64,000 nucleotides of DNA from Eubacteriales bacterium (GTDB lineage: Bacteria; Bacillota; Clostridia; Lachnospirales; Lachnospiraceae): NCBI GenBank assembly GCA_030524455.1, contig JAUNGT010000011.1:5052-69051 (forward strand), read 5' to 3'. The notes below the pieces were generated by a model. The model ran no database searches and was not told the origin of the DNA. It saw only the letters and a list, made by a program, of their open reading frames with translations. The first letter of the stretch is position 1; every line of letters begins with the position of its first letter. Shown in pieces: positions 46,686-55,685 of this stretch. The position numbers and the translations under genes are program-made.

Positions 46686-47978
46686 TTATCTCTCCATCCT
46701 TCTCATCACAAAATCAATCGCCTCAAGATACCCGTTCAGCCCGTGTCCGTAAATCTGCCGGTCGCAGGCCGGAGCCGTCACGGACACCCGGCGGAAGGGC
46801 TCGCGCCGCATGATATTGGAGATATGCACCTCCACCTTCGGCATGGGCACGCTCGCCAGCGCGTCCCGGATCGCATAGCTGTAATGCGTGTAAGCGCCGG
46901 GGTTGATGATAATCGCTTCGGTATGATCGAAGTAAGCCTGCTGGATCCGGTCGATGATCTCGCCCTCGTGATTGGACTGGAACACGGTGATGGCTGCCCG
47001 GCTCTCGAGCCCCTTCTGCGCGATCAGGTTCAGCAGGTAATTGTAGTCCTGCGTGCCGTAAACGCCCTTCTCGCGGATCCCCAAAAAGTTCAGATTGGGG
47101 CCGTTGATCACCAGCAGCTTACGCAGCGGGCGGACGGGACTGTCCGGCAGCCGGTTTTCCGCCGTCCGGCCGCTGTCCAAAGCTTCCGGTACCTGTCCTG
47201 CGGCCGCTGCGGTCACGCTGCTTTCCTGCGGCACACGATTTTCCTGCGGCACGCCATCTCCCTGCGGCACATAATTTCCCTGCATCATGCCGTTTTCCTG
47301 CGGCACGATATTCCCCTGCGCCGCGCCGCTCTCCCGTGTCAGGCCGGTTTCCCGCTGCAGCTCCCCGGTTGTCCGCTCAAACCGCCGAAAGCCGTTTGCG
47401 CCGAAGGGTCTGCTGTGCTGGAAGCCGGGCCGAAGGCCGTCCTCCCGGTTCTCTGCCGTGCGGTAGGGAGGGCGCAGGCCTCTCTCGATCTCAAAGAGCA
47501 TCTGTCCGAAGGGCTTGTTGTCCACATCCACGATCAGATCCGCAGCCGCCTCGTAGGCTTCCTTCCTCTGCTCCAGCATTGTGCAGATGCGTCCGAGCAG
47601 ATCCTCGTTGCCCAAAAGCAGGGGACGCGTATCATCCTCCTTGAGCCGGTCGTAAAGCGTCTCCGGCTTTGCGCGCAGGTAAACCACCTTGCCGATCTGC
47701 TTTAAGAGAGCTCTGTTTTCCTCCTGCAGGGGCGTCCCGCCGCCTGCGGAAATCACCTGGTTCTTCGCCGTCTCCTTCAGCTCCCTCAAAACCTCCGTCT
47801 CCATCCGTCTGAATGCCTCTTCCCCGTCCTGCTCAAAAATCTCCCGGATGGACTTGCCCTGCTTTTTCTCGATCAGCTTATCCGTATCTGTCATCTGCCG
47901 TTTGAGGCGATAGGACAGCTTCACCGCCACGCTGCTTTTTCCGCATCCCATAAATCCGATCAGTACCACATTTCCCAC
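46686..47978 (-). CDS. Shikimate kinase - type II 3-dehydroquinate dehydratase fusion (AroK-linker-AroQ)
   Basis: Likely GTG start 47978. N-terminal LIGFMGCGKS, GEEAFR, SAGGG, RPLL; C-terminal VINGPNLN, SNHEGEIID, NPGAYTHYS, EVHISN; one uninterrupted frame. Confidence 0.92.
   Translation of the reverse strand: MGNVVLIGFMGCGKSSVAVKLSYRLKRQMTDTDKLIEKKQGKSIREIFEQDGEEAFRRMETEVLRELKETAKNQVISAGGGTPLQEENRALLKQIGKVVYLRAKPETLYDRLKEDDTRPLLLGNEDLLGRICTMLEQRKEAYEAAADLIVDVDNKPFGQMLFEIERGLRPPYRTAENREDGLRPGFQHSRPFGANGFRRFERTTGELQRETGLTRESGAAQGNIVPQENGMMQGNYVPQGDGVPQENRVPQESSVTAAAAGQVPEALDSGRTAENRLPDSPVRPLRKLLVINGPNLNFLGIREKGVYGTQDYNYLLNLIAQKGLESRAAITVFQSNHEGEIIDRIQQAYFDHTEAIIINPGAYTHYSYAIRDALASVPMPKVEVHISNIMRREPFRRVSVTAPACDRQIYGHGLNGYLEAIDFVMRRMER
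47223..47330. repeat. Six imperfect 18-bp tandem repeats in the AroK-AroQ linker
   Basis: Core (t/c)cctgcggcac plus 6 variable nt, six units; encodes VPQ(E/G)xx-type hexapeptides. Confidence 0.85.
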
Positions 47979-47988
47979 GATCCGTTCC

Positions 47989-48882
47989 TCACTTTCCGAA
48001 TTCACTTTCCAAATTCCCTTTTAAGATCTCATACAGCTCTCCGGCCTGCTGCTGGTTGATCTGCACCCCATTCCACAGCTCAAAGGCCTCGACGCCCTGA
48101 TACAGCAGCATTTTCAATCCGTTAAACGCCTGTCCGCCCTGCTCCTGCACCAGACGCATAAATTTGGTCCTCTCCGGCCGGTAGATCAGGTCGTAGCCGG
48201 TATGGATCTTTTCATAGAAGGCCGTCTCCTCCACCGCCGCCCGCCCGCAGTCCGGATATAGCCCCACGCTGGTGGCCTGAATGGCAAGATAGCGCTTCTC
48301 CGGCAGGCTGCCCGCTTCCGAAAGAGGACGCGCATACACCCTCCGGTGTCCCGTTTTGTCCCGGATCTCCTCTGCCAGGGCCTGCGCCTTTTCCGGGCTG
48401 CGGTTCAGGATCGTCAGGCTGGCCGCTCCCCGGGCCGCGCACAGATAGGCCACCGCCCGGCCCACGCCGCCGGCTCCCAGAAGCGCCACATGCTCCTCCT
48501 CGATCCGCGCGCCGTCCTCCCGCATGGCCCTGTAAAGTCCGCTCATGTCCGTATTGTAGCCGCGATAGCCGCCCGGCACACGCACCAGCGTATTGACCGA
48601 CTCCACATCCTCCGCCGCCTTGTCGATGCTTTGCAGAAAAGGGATCACCGCCTGCTTGTAGGGCACCGTCACATTCAGCCCCAGGACGTTTAAGGCATAA
48701 GCGCCCCGCACCGCCTCGCCCACCCGCTCTTTTTCCACCAAAAAGGGCAGATAAGCCAGATCGCAGCCACAGGCGGCTGCCAGCGTATTATGGATCAGCG
48801 GGGAGAGTGTGTGCTCCACCGGATTGCCGATCAGTCCGCACAGCCGGGTGCTCCCGCCGATTCTTTCCTCCGCCTGCATCAT
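47989..48882 (-). CDS. aroE: Shikimate dehydrogenase
   Basis: GLIGNPVEHTLSP, NVTVPYK, SVNTL, GYNTD, LLGAGGVGRA, NGLKMLLYQG. Confidence 0.96.
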   Translation of the reverse strand: MMQAEERIGGSTRLCGLIGNPVEHTLSPLIHNTLAAACGCDLAYLPFLVEKERVGEAVRGAYALNVLGLNVTVPYKQAVIPFLQSIDKAAEDVESVNTLVRVPGGYRGYNTDMSGLYRAMREDGARIEEEHVALLGAGGVGRAVAYLCAARGAASLTILNRSPEKAQALAEEIRDKTGHRRVYARPLSEAGSLPEKRYLAIQATSVGLYPDCGRAAVEETAFYEKIHTGYDLIYRPERTKFMRLVQEQGGQAFNGLKMLLYQGVEAFELWNGVQINQQQAGELYEILKGNLESEFGK

Positions 48883-49409
48883 TTTGCCCTCCTGCCGTCA
48901 GCGCTTTTTTGTCTCTGCTGCCGATAATAAAAATATAACACAATTTTCTCCAATTGTCTCTTCAAAATAATCTGAATTTCCTCCTTCGGATGGATCGGAG
49001 GCACCAAAATACTGTGGATTTTCGCCCTTTTTGCTCCCCATACGTCGGTAAAGAGCTGATCGCCGATAAAAACCGTATTGTCCGGATTTGTCCCCATTTG
49101 CTCCATGGCGGCCTGATAGCCCCGCACCGAGGGCTTGCCCGCCTTGAAAATATATCCCGTATGTCCTACGTCCTGCGCAAAGCTTTTCACCCGCGGCTCC
49201 TTGTTGTTCGACAGAAGCGTCACGGAAAAGCCGATCCGGCCAAGCCTGGAAAACAGCTTTTTGGCGCGCCGGTCGGCCGGGGCCCCGTGAGGCACCAGGG
49301 TGTTGTCCACGTCGTAGATCAGCCCCCGGCAGCCCAAACGGTACAGTTTTTCATAGTCGATGTCATAGGCGTTTTTCGCCGTCTCATCCGGATAAAAGCT
49401 CTTAAGCAT
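48879..49409 (-). CDS. YqeG-family HAD IIIA phosphatase
   Basis: Start refined to ATG 49409; IYDVDNTL, LSNN, AGKP, IGDQLFTDVWGA. Confidence 0.93.
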   Translation of the reverse strand: MLKSFYPDETAKNAYDIDYEKLYRLGCRGLIYDVDNTLVPHGAPADRRAKKLFSRLGRIGFSVTLLSNNKEPRVKSFAQDVGHTGYIFKAGKPSVRGYQAAMEQMGTNPDNTVFIGDQLFTDVWGAKRAKIHSILVPPIHPKEEIQIILKRQLEKIVLYFYYRQQRQKSADGRRAK

Positions 49410-50160
49410 CCAATTCCTCCCCGATCCCGGCCGCCTCAAGCAGCTGCCTGGTATATTCGTGCTGCGGCGCAAAATAAATCCGGTCCGTGTCCCCGCTCTC
49501 CACAATGCGGCCTCCCTGCATGATCATCACGCGGTCGCTGATCTGGTAGACCACCCGCATGTCATGGGAGATAAACAGGATCGACAGTCCCATTTCCTCC
49601 TTGAGCCTCTGCAAAAGCTCCAGAATCTGGGCCTGTATCGTCACGTCCAGGGCGGACACCGCCTCGTCCGCCACCAAAAAGCCGGGATCGCACATCAGGG
49701 CCGCCGCGATGCACACCCTCTGACGCTGTCCTCCGGAAAGCTCGCTGGGATAACGCTCCGCCAGCTTTTCCTCCAGGCCCACCCGCCGGAGCATGGCCAG
49801 GGCCCGTTCCCGTCTCTCCTTCCCGGGAATACCGCCCCGCACCCGCAGGGGCTCCTCCAGGATCCAGCCGATTTTCTTGGCCGGATTTAAGGAGCCGTAG
49901 GGATCCTGGAATACCATCTGGGGCCGGTTGCCGCTGTGGGTCACCGTTCCCCGGTCAGGCTTTAACAGGCCCAGAATCACCTTGGCCAGAGTGGTTTTGC
50001 CGCAGCCGGACTCGCCCACCAGCCCCAGCACCTGTCCCTTTTCCATGGAAAAGGAAATGTCCCGGAGCACCTCGTTTCTCTGCCGCTTCTCCCAAAGTCG
50101 GCGCCGCTTCCGGGAAAAGCCGATGCTCACATGCTCTACTCTCAGAATTTCCTCCGCCAT
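49402..50160 (-). CDS. Peptide/nickel ABC ATP-binding subunit (OppF-like)
   Basis: GESGCGKTT, LSGGQRQR, ADEAVSALD, ISHD, PQHEYT. Confidence 0.94.
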   Translation of the reverse strand: MAEEILRVEHVSIGFSRKRRRLWEKRQRNEVLRDISFSMEKGQVLGLVGESGCGKTTLAKVILGLLKPDRGTVTHSGNRPQMVFQDPYGSLNPAKKIGWILEEPLRVRGGIPGKERRERALAMLRRVGLEEKLAERYPSELSGGQRQRVCIAAALMCDPGFLVADEAVSALDVTIQAQILELLQRLKEEMGLSILFISHDMRVVYQISDRVMIMQGGRIVESGDTDRIYFAPQHEYTRQLLEAAGIGEELDA

Positions 50161-50957
50161 GTCGGCCCTCCTTTCTTCCGCACCACCGGGATCGCCGCGA
50201 TCAGCCGCCGGGTGTATGGCTGGGCGGGATGCTCAAAAACGTCCTCCATTGGGCCGCTCTCCACGATATTCCCGCCCTGCATCACCACCACCCTGCTGCA
50301 GAAACGCCGCACCAGGCTTAAATCGTGAGAGATAAACAGGATCGCCGTATGCTTTTCTTTGTTGATCCGCTGCAAAAGCTTTACGATCTGCGCCTGCACC
50401 GTCACATCCAGGGCCGTGGTGGGCTCGTCCGCGATCAAAAGCTCCGGTTCGCAGATCATGGCCGCCGCGATCATTACCCGCTGCCGCTGCCCGCCGGAAA
50501 TCTGATGGGGATAGGAGCGGTAAATCCGCTCCGGATCGGACAGCTCCACCTCCTCCAGAAGGCGCATGGCCCGCGCTCTTCTCTCCTTTGCGTCCAGCTC
50601 CGGGTGATGGATGCGCAGCGGCTCCTCCACCTGCCAGCCGATCCGGTACACCGGGTTTAAGGAGGTCATGGGCTCCTGAAAGATCATGGAGATCCGGTTG
50701 CCCTGAAGCCTGCGCAAAAGCGCTCTGTCACAGCTTAACAGATCCGTTCCCTCAAAGAGGATTTTCCCCGTTTTTTTCATGTCGTGCCGGGACAAAAGCC
50801 CCGCCACCGCCAGGGCCGTCATGGATTTGCCGGAGCCGGACTCTCCCACCAGCCCCACGATCTCCCCGGGATCCATATGCAGGTTAAAATGACGCACCAC
50901 CGTCTCCGGCATCAGGTGGTCATGAAATTCAATATTCAGATCGATGATATCCAGCAT
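50142..50957 (-). CDS. Peptide/nickel ABC ATP-binding subunit (OppD-like)
   Basis: [44 protein letters not shown]. Confidence 0.94.
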   Translation of the reverse strand: MLDIIDLNIEFHDHLMPETVVRHFNLHMDPGEIVGLVGESGSGKSMTALAVAGLLSRHDMKKTGKILFEGTDLLSCDRALLRRLQGNRISMIFQEPMTSLNPVYRIGWQVEEPLRIHHPELDAKERRARAMRLLEEVELSDPERIYRSYPHQISGGQRQRVMIAAAMICEPELLIADEPTTALDVTVQAQIVKLLQRINKEKHTAILFISHDLSLVRRFCSRVVVMQGGNIVESGPMEDVFEHPAQPYTRRLIAAIPVVRKKGGPTWRRKF

Positions 50958-50960
50958 ACG

Positions 50961-51764
50961 CTATCGCCTCCCCATGTCCTTTACGCCCTCGCCCAGCAGG
51001 GAAAAGCCCAGCACCAGAAGGATCAGGAAAATCCCCGGGAACAGGGCAAAGCCCGGCGCGGAAAACAGGTAGGTCTGGGCCTCCGAGAGCATCCGCCCGA
51101 GACTGGCCTGGGGCGGCTGCACGCCGATTCCCAGATAGCTCATTCCCGCCTCCGCCAGCACCGCGTTGTTAAAGCCGATCAGGATCGCGGACAAAAGGAC
51201 CGGCAGGGTATTCGGCAGGATGTGTACGAACATGATCCGCAGATGGCCGACCCCGGCCAGACGGGCGCTTTTTACATAATCCATGTTTTTACAGCGGATA
51301 AACTCCCCCCGCACGATGCGGGCAAAGCTGGGGATAAAGGCAATCCCCAGGGCAATGATCACGTTCCAGGTACCGCTGCCGATGAGGGTGACGAACACCA
51401 GCGCCAGAAGAATGCTCGGAAAAGCGAAAAGCACGTCGTTTGCGCGCATCAAAAGCTCGTCCAAAACGCCGCCAAAATACCCGGTAAAGGCACCCAGCAC
51501 AACGCCGCAGGCCGCGCCGATCCCCACCGTGCCCAGCGCCACCAAAAGGGTGGTCCCGCCGCCCTTTAGCACCCGGCTGAAAATATCCCGCCCGAAATTG
51601 TCGCAGCCCATCAAATGAGAAAGGGAGACGCCGGACAATTTTGCGGTACTGTCCATCGTCTCCGGATCATAGGGCGTCCAGAAAAAGCCCACCAGGATCA
51701 GGGCGAGCATGATCCCGGTCAGCCATGCGCCGATCATCAAATTTTTACTGTGTTTTTTCTTCAT
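50961..51764 (-). CDS. Peptide/nickel ABC permease (OppC-like)
   Basis: HLMGCDNFGRDIFSR, EAA motif YVKSARLAG, LAEAGMSYLGIG. Confidence 0.93.
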   Translation of the reverse strand: MKKKHSKNLMIGAWLTGIMLALILVGFFWTPYDPETMDSTAKLSGVSLSHLMGCDNFGRDIFSRVLKGGGTTLLVALGTVGIGAACGVVLGAFTGYFGGVLDELLMRANDVLFAFPSILLALVFVTLIGSGTWNVIIALGIAFIPSFARIVRGEFIRCKNMDYVKSARLAGVGHLRIMFVHILPNTLPVLLSAILIGFNNAVLAEAGMSYLGIGVQPPQASLGRMLSEAQTYLFSAPGFALFPGIFLILLVLGFSLLGEGVKDMGRR

Positions 51765-51770
51765 AGTCGT

Positions 51771-52712
51771 CTAGTCCAGCGTGATCCTGGGATCCATCCT
51801 CTGATAAATCAGATCCACCAGGAAATTGGTAAAAATAACGAGAAACGCGATGAATACGATAATCGCCTGCACCACCGGATAATCCCGGTTGGAGATGGAG
51901 GTCAGAAGAATCCGCCCCAGGCCCGGGATGTTAAACACCTGCTCGATCACGATACTGCCCGCCACCATATCCGCCAGCGCCATCCCCAGAAAGGTGACCA
52001 CCGGAATCATGGCGTTTTTGAGCACATGACGGTACAAAACCGCCTTCGTCCGGTTGCCCCGGCTGTAGGCCGTCCGCACATAGTCAAGCTTCATCTCCGA
52101 CAGTACCGAGGTGCGCAGAAGCTTCACCGCCATAGCCGCCTTCGGCAGCGCGATGGCGACGGAGGGAAACACCAGATATCCCACAAAGCCCAGCGGGCTT
52201 ACCGTATAGGACACATAGCCGCCGGGAGTGAACAGGTGAAGCACAAGCCCGAACAGCAGCGTGATCAGGATTCCCGAAAAAAAAGGCGGCACCGACATGA
52301 TCACCTGATCGATGACCAGCACGGTCCGGTCCGCCCGCCCGCCTGCATGGTGTCCGCAGAAAATCCCCAGCGGAATGGAAACCGCCGTCATCATCAGAAA
52401 GGACAATACCGTCAGGGTAAGGGTCACCGGGATTTTCTCCGCGATCATATCCCGCACCGGCATACTGTAGCGGTAGGAGGTTCCGAAATCCCCCTGCACG
52501 AAACGGACCGCCCAGCTGCCAAACCGCAAAAGCAGCGGCTCGTTTAAGCCCATCTGCTCCCGCAGGGCCTCCACGCTCTCCGGCGTCGCCTCCGTCCCCA
52601 GCATGGCTGTGGCCGGATCCCCCGGTATCACGGCAAACGCCGCGAATACCAGGAAGGACACCACAAGCAGGGTAATCAGCATACCGGCAAGCTTCTTTGC
52701 CACATACTTCAT
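51771..52712 (-). CDS. Peptide/nickel ABC permease (OppB-like)
   Basis: PGDPA, GDFGTS, DYVRTAYSRG, IEQVFNIPGLG, RDYPVVQ. Confidence 0.93.
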   Translation of the reverse strand: MKYVAKKLAGMLITLLVVSFLVFAAFAVIPGDPATAMLGTEATPESVEALREQMGLNEPLLLRFGSWAVRFVQGDFGTSYRYSMPVRDMIAEKIPVTLTLTVLSFLMMTAVSIPLGIFCGHHAGGRADRTVLVIDQVIMSVPPFFSGILITLLFGLVLHLFTPGGYVSYTVSPLGFVGYLVFPSVAIALPKAAMAVKLLRTSVLSEMKLDYVRTAYSRGNRTKAVLYRHVLKNAMIPVVTFLGMALADMVAGSIVIEQVFNIPGLGRILLTSISNRDYPVVQAIIVFIAFLVIFTNFLVDLIYQRMDPRITLD

Positions 52713-52727
52713 ATAAAAATCTCCCGC

Positions 52728-54254
52728 TTATTGATTTGCCTGCTCATCCACCAGATAAAGCTTCGCAAAATCCTGCACATACAGCGGATAGAACTCATAG
52801 CCGCCGTATTTTTTGTTCAGCGCCACAAAGGAGGGCAGATCCTGAATATAAACGTTGGCCGCGTCCTCGGCCAGGATCGTCTCGCACTCCTTATAATGCG
52901 CGGTCTTCTCCGCGTCATCCGTGCTCTCCTGCGCCGCCGCAAAGGCCTCGTCGTAGGCCGGATCCTTAAAGTTGATAAAGTTGTTGGGCGCATCCGAGGT
53001 GAATCGGCGAAGCAGCGCCGCCGCCGTCAGGCTGGAAGCATCCACTCCTACCACCGTGGCCTCATAGTTCCGGTCCGTATATACGTCGGACAGCCAGCTC
53101 TCCCACTCGACCAGCTGAATGTCGGCGGTCACGCCGATCTGCTTTAGCTGCTCGGCAATCACCTGCGCCGTATCCACATGCTGCTGATAATTGGAGGGAA
53201 CCGTCAGGGTGAAACGAAAACCGTCCGGATAGCCCGCCTCCGCCAAAAGCTGTTTTGCCTTCTCAATGTCGGTGGGATACAGATCATTTAATTCCGGCAT
53301 GTAATATTTGCCGAAGGCCGGGAACATGCTGCTGCCGATCTGCGTCCCCTTGCCGTCGGAAATCATATCCATGATCCCCTGGGGATCCACCGCATAGCAG
53401 AGCGCCTGCCGCACCTTCTCATTGTCGAAGGGGGCTTTCGCGTTATTCAGATACATGGCCTGCACCAGGTTCATGGTGCCCTCCAGCACGTCGAACTGGT
53501 CGGAAAGCTGATCCGCCTGCGCCTGGGTGATCCGCGCGAACATATCGACGCCGCCGCCGTTTAAGCTGGTCACAATCGTGTCCGCATTGGCGATAATCTG
53601 CAGCTTCACCGTCTCGATGTTGGCCGGCGTGCCCCAGTAATCGTCGAATTTCTGCAGCACAATGCTCTCCTGGGGCGTCCTGGACACAAACTTATAAGGG
53701 CCCGTGCCGATGGGATTGCCCTCCGGATCCTGATTGCTCTCCGGGATAATCGCCACCGTCAGATAGGGAAGAAAATCCGTATCCCCCTCCTTTAACACGA
53801 TCTCCACGGTTTTATCGTCCACGACATTGATGCTGTCGATCGCCGAAAAAGCCGATACCAGCGGCGCACCGCTGCCGGCATCGGCACATCTGTCCAGGGA
53901 ATATTTGACATCCTGTGCTGTAACAGCTGTGCCGTCATGAAACTTCACGCCCTCCCGGAGCGTAAAAGTGTACACTTTCCCGTCCTCTGAAATGGTATGG
54001 CTCTCTGCTACAGCGTCGTTTAAATTACCTTCGCTGTCGGGCTTTACCAGCCCCTCAAACACATTGAAAAGCACCTCGTCCGTTCCTGCCGCCACCGCCT
54101 TGTGGGGGTCAAGACTGTCCACATCCTGAGGGATTCCAATGGTGATCTGAGAAGACGCCTCGTCTGCCTTACCGCCTGAGCAAGCGCTCAGTGCAATCGT
54201 CAGCGCAGCGCACACCAAAGTCAAAAGAACCTTTTTTCCTGCTTTTGTCTTCAT
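52728..54254 (-). CDS. Peptide/nickel ABC substrate-binding lipoprotein (family 5)
   Basis: Start refined to ATG 54254; lipobox LSAC; SLDPH, VFEGLV, YTFTLREGVKFHDG, PIGTGPY. Confidence 0.94.
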   Translation of the reverse strand: MKTKAGKKVLLTLVCAALTIALSACSGGKADEASSQITIGIPQDVDSLDPHKAVAAGTDEVLFNVFEGLVKPDSEGNLNDAVAESHTISEDGKVYTFTLREGVKFHDGTAVTAQDVKYSLDRCADAGSGAPLVSAFSAIDSINVVDDKTVEIVLKEGDTDFLPYLTVAIIPESNQDPEGNPIGTGPYKFVSRTPQESIVLQKFDDYWGTPANIETVKLQIIANADTIVTSLNGGGVDMFARITQAQADQLSDQFDVLEGTMNLVQAMYLNNAKAPFDNEKVRQALCYAVDPQGIMDMISDGKGTQIGSSMFPAFGKYYMPELNDLYPTDIEKAKQLLAEAGYPDGFRFTLTVPSNYQQHVDTAQVIAEQLKQIGVTADIQLVEWESWLSDVYTDRNYEATVVGVDASSLTAAALLRRFTSDAPNNFINFKDPAYDEAFAAAQESTDDAEKTAHYKECETILAEDAANVYIQDLPSFVALNKKYGGYEFYPLYVQDFAKLYLVDEQANQ

Positions 54255-54361
54255 GTGACTCTCCTTCTTTCCTAAAATATATTCAGTTGTCTGCCTGCCG
54301 TTGCGGCGTATCCGTCCACACGGCAAACAGCGGCACAGAGTGTTGCTGTGCCCAGTTCCCT

Positions 54362-54389
54362 ATTATATACGCGATTCCCGAAAATGCAA
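54362..54389 (-). promoter_or_regulatory. Putative sigma-A promoter of the peptide ABC-aro operon
   Basis: TTGCAT-N16-TATAAT directly after the nrdR stop. Confidence 0.6.
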
Positions 54390-54392
54390 CTG

Positions 54393-54848
54393 TTACTTTT
54401 TTTCCATCATCTTTTTCAGCTCATCCAGAAAGGTATTGACATCCTTAAACTCCCGGTATACCGAGGCAAAGCGCACATAGGCCACCGCCTCCAGATCCTT
54501 TAGCTTGTCCATCACCAGCTCGCCGATCACGGCGCTGGGGATCTCCTTCTCCTCCCGGGAAAACAGCTCCGTCTCCACCTCGTCCACCAGCCGGTCGATC
54601 TCGTTGACGCTCACGGGCCTTTTGTGGCAGGCGCGCAGCACTCCGGCCTCGATCTTGGAGCGGTCGTAGGGCTCCCGGTTATCGTCCTTTTTGATGACGA
54701 TCAGCGGGATCGTCTCAATCTTTTCATAGGTGGTAAAACGCTTCCCGCATTCATCGCAGGCGCGCCGCCGACGGATGGAATTGTTCTCGTCGGAGGGGCG
54801 GGAATCGATCACTCTGGTATTATCATGGCCGCAAAACGGGCATTTCAT
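54393..54848 (-). CDS. nrdR: Transcriptional repressor NrdR
   Basis: MKCPFC, VIDSR, IRRRRAC..C..RFTTYE, ATP cone, VAYVRFASVYREF. Confidence 0.98.
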   Translation of the reverse strand: MKCPFCGHDNTRVIDSRPSDENNSIRRRRACDECGKRFTTYEKIETIPLIVIKKDDNREPYDRSKIEAGVLRACHKRPVSVNEIDRLVDEVETELFSREEKEIPSAVIGELVMDKLKDLEAVAYVRFASVYREFKDVNTFLDELKKMMEKK

Positions 54849-54869
54849 AGGCTTCTCCTTTCCCTGGTA

Positions 54870-55685
54870 TCATATCATTCTGTCGCCAAAATTCCGGAAG
54901 TTTCCCGGTGTCACGCCGGTGGCCTCCTTAAAGCAGCTGTGGAAATAATTTTCATCCGTGTAGGACAGCCGCGCCGCAATCTCCTGAATGGACATGCCGG
55001 AATAGAGAAGGTAGCGCTTGGCCGCCTCGATCTTCTGCTCCCGCAGATACTGATAGGGCGTGATCCCGTAACGGTTGCGGAACTGGTTGATCAGGTGGTT
55101 CCTGGAATAGTGGAGCTCCTCGCAGAGCTGCTCCAGACGGACGTTTTCCTCCACATGCAGGTCGATCCATTCCTTGATCTGCTCCGGCAGCGTCCGGGTA
55201 TGGCTGCGGCCCTGGCTGTGGAGCTTCTGCAAAATTTCCAGCACCGCCACCGCCGTCTCGTCGGCGGTCTGCTCGTACTCTCCCGCAAAGGCCTCCAGCT
55301 TCGCCAGCAGCGCCTCCATCTGGGCCGAGATATCGCAGTCCCGCATCAGGTAGACGTTGCGCTCCAGATAGGCCGAAAACATGGCCTCCGCCATCAGGCC
55401 GTTGAAGCAGACCCAGATTTTTGTCCAGGGCTCACCCTCGTCCGACCAGTAGCAGTGCGGAACCCCTCTTTTCAAAAAGTACACGTCTCCGGCCCGGGGC
55501 TCCAGCCGCTGTCCGTCGATCACCAGCGTCCCACGCCCGCTGTAGATGTATTCAAAGGAATACAAATTCTCCGGCTTTCTCTCGATCCGGTAGGTGCCGT
55601 CGCAGTAGGACACGCCGGCCATCAGCACGTTGAAGGGCCTGTCCTTTCTCTCGTAATTCCAAAAGCTGCATATTTTTTCCTGCAT
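54870..55685 (-). CDS. AraC-family transcriptional regulator
   Basis: Cupin N-terminus, C-terminal double HTH (FRNRYGITP, LSYTDENYFHSCFKEATGVTP); start overlaps the upstream stop (TGATG). Confidence 0.92.
   Translation of the reverse strand: MQEKICSFWNYERKDRPFNVLMAGVSYCDGTYRIERKPENLYSFEYIYSGRGTLVIDGQRLEPRAGDVYFLKRGVPHCYWSDEGEPWTKIWVCFNGLMAEAMFSAYLERNVYLMRDCDISAQMEALLAKLEAFAGEYEQTADETAVAVLEILQKLHSQGRSHTRTLPEQIKEWIDLHVEENVRLEQLCEELHYSRNHLINQFRNRYGITPYQYLREQKIEAAKRYLLYSGMSIQEIAARLSYTDENYFHSCFKEATGVTPGNFRNFGDRMI

Noticed and set aside
47223-47330. 18-bp periodic array as a mini-CRISPR
   Set aside because: Variable parts are only 6 nt, the array is in frame inside a protein, and there are no cas genes.
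54255-54360. NiCo riboswitch or T-box assignment for the peptide ABC leader
   Set aside because: The 5' GAACUGGGCA resembles the NiCo start, but no complementary closing strand or four-way junction is present; too short for a T-box and lacks its consensus.
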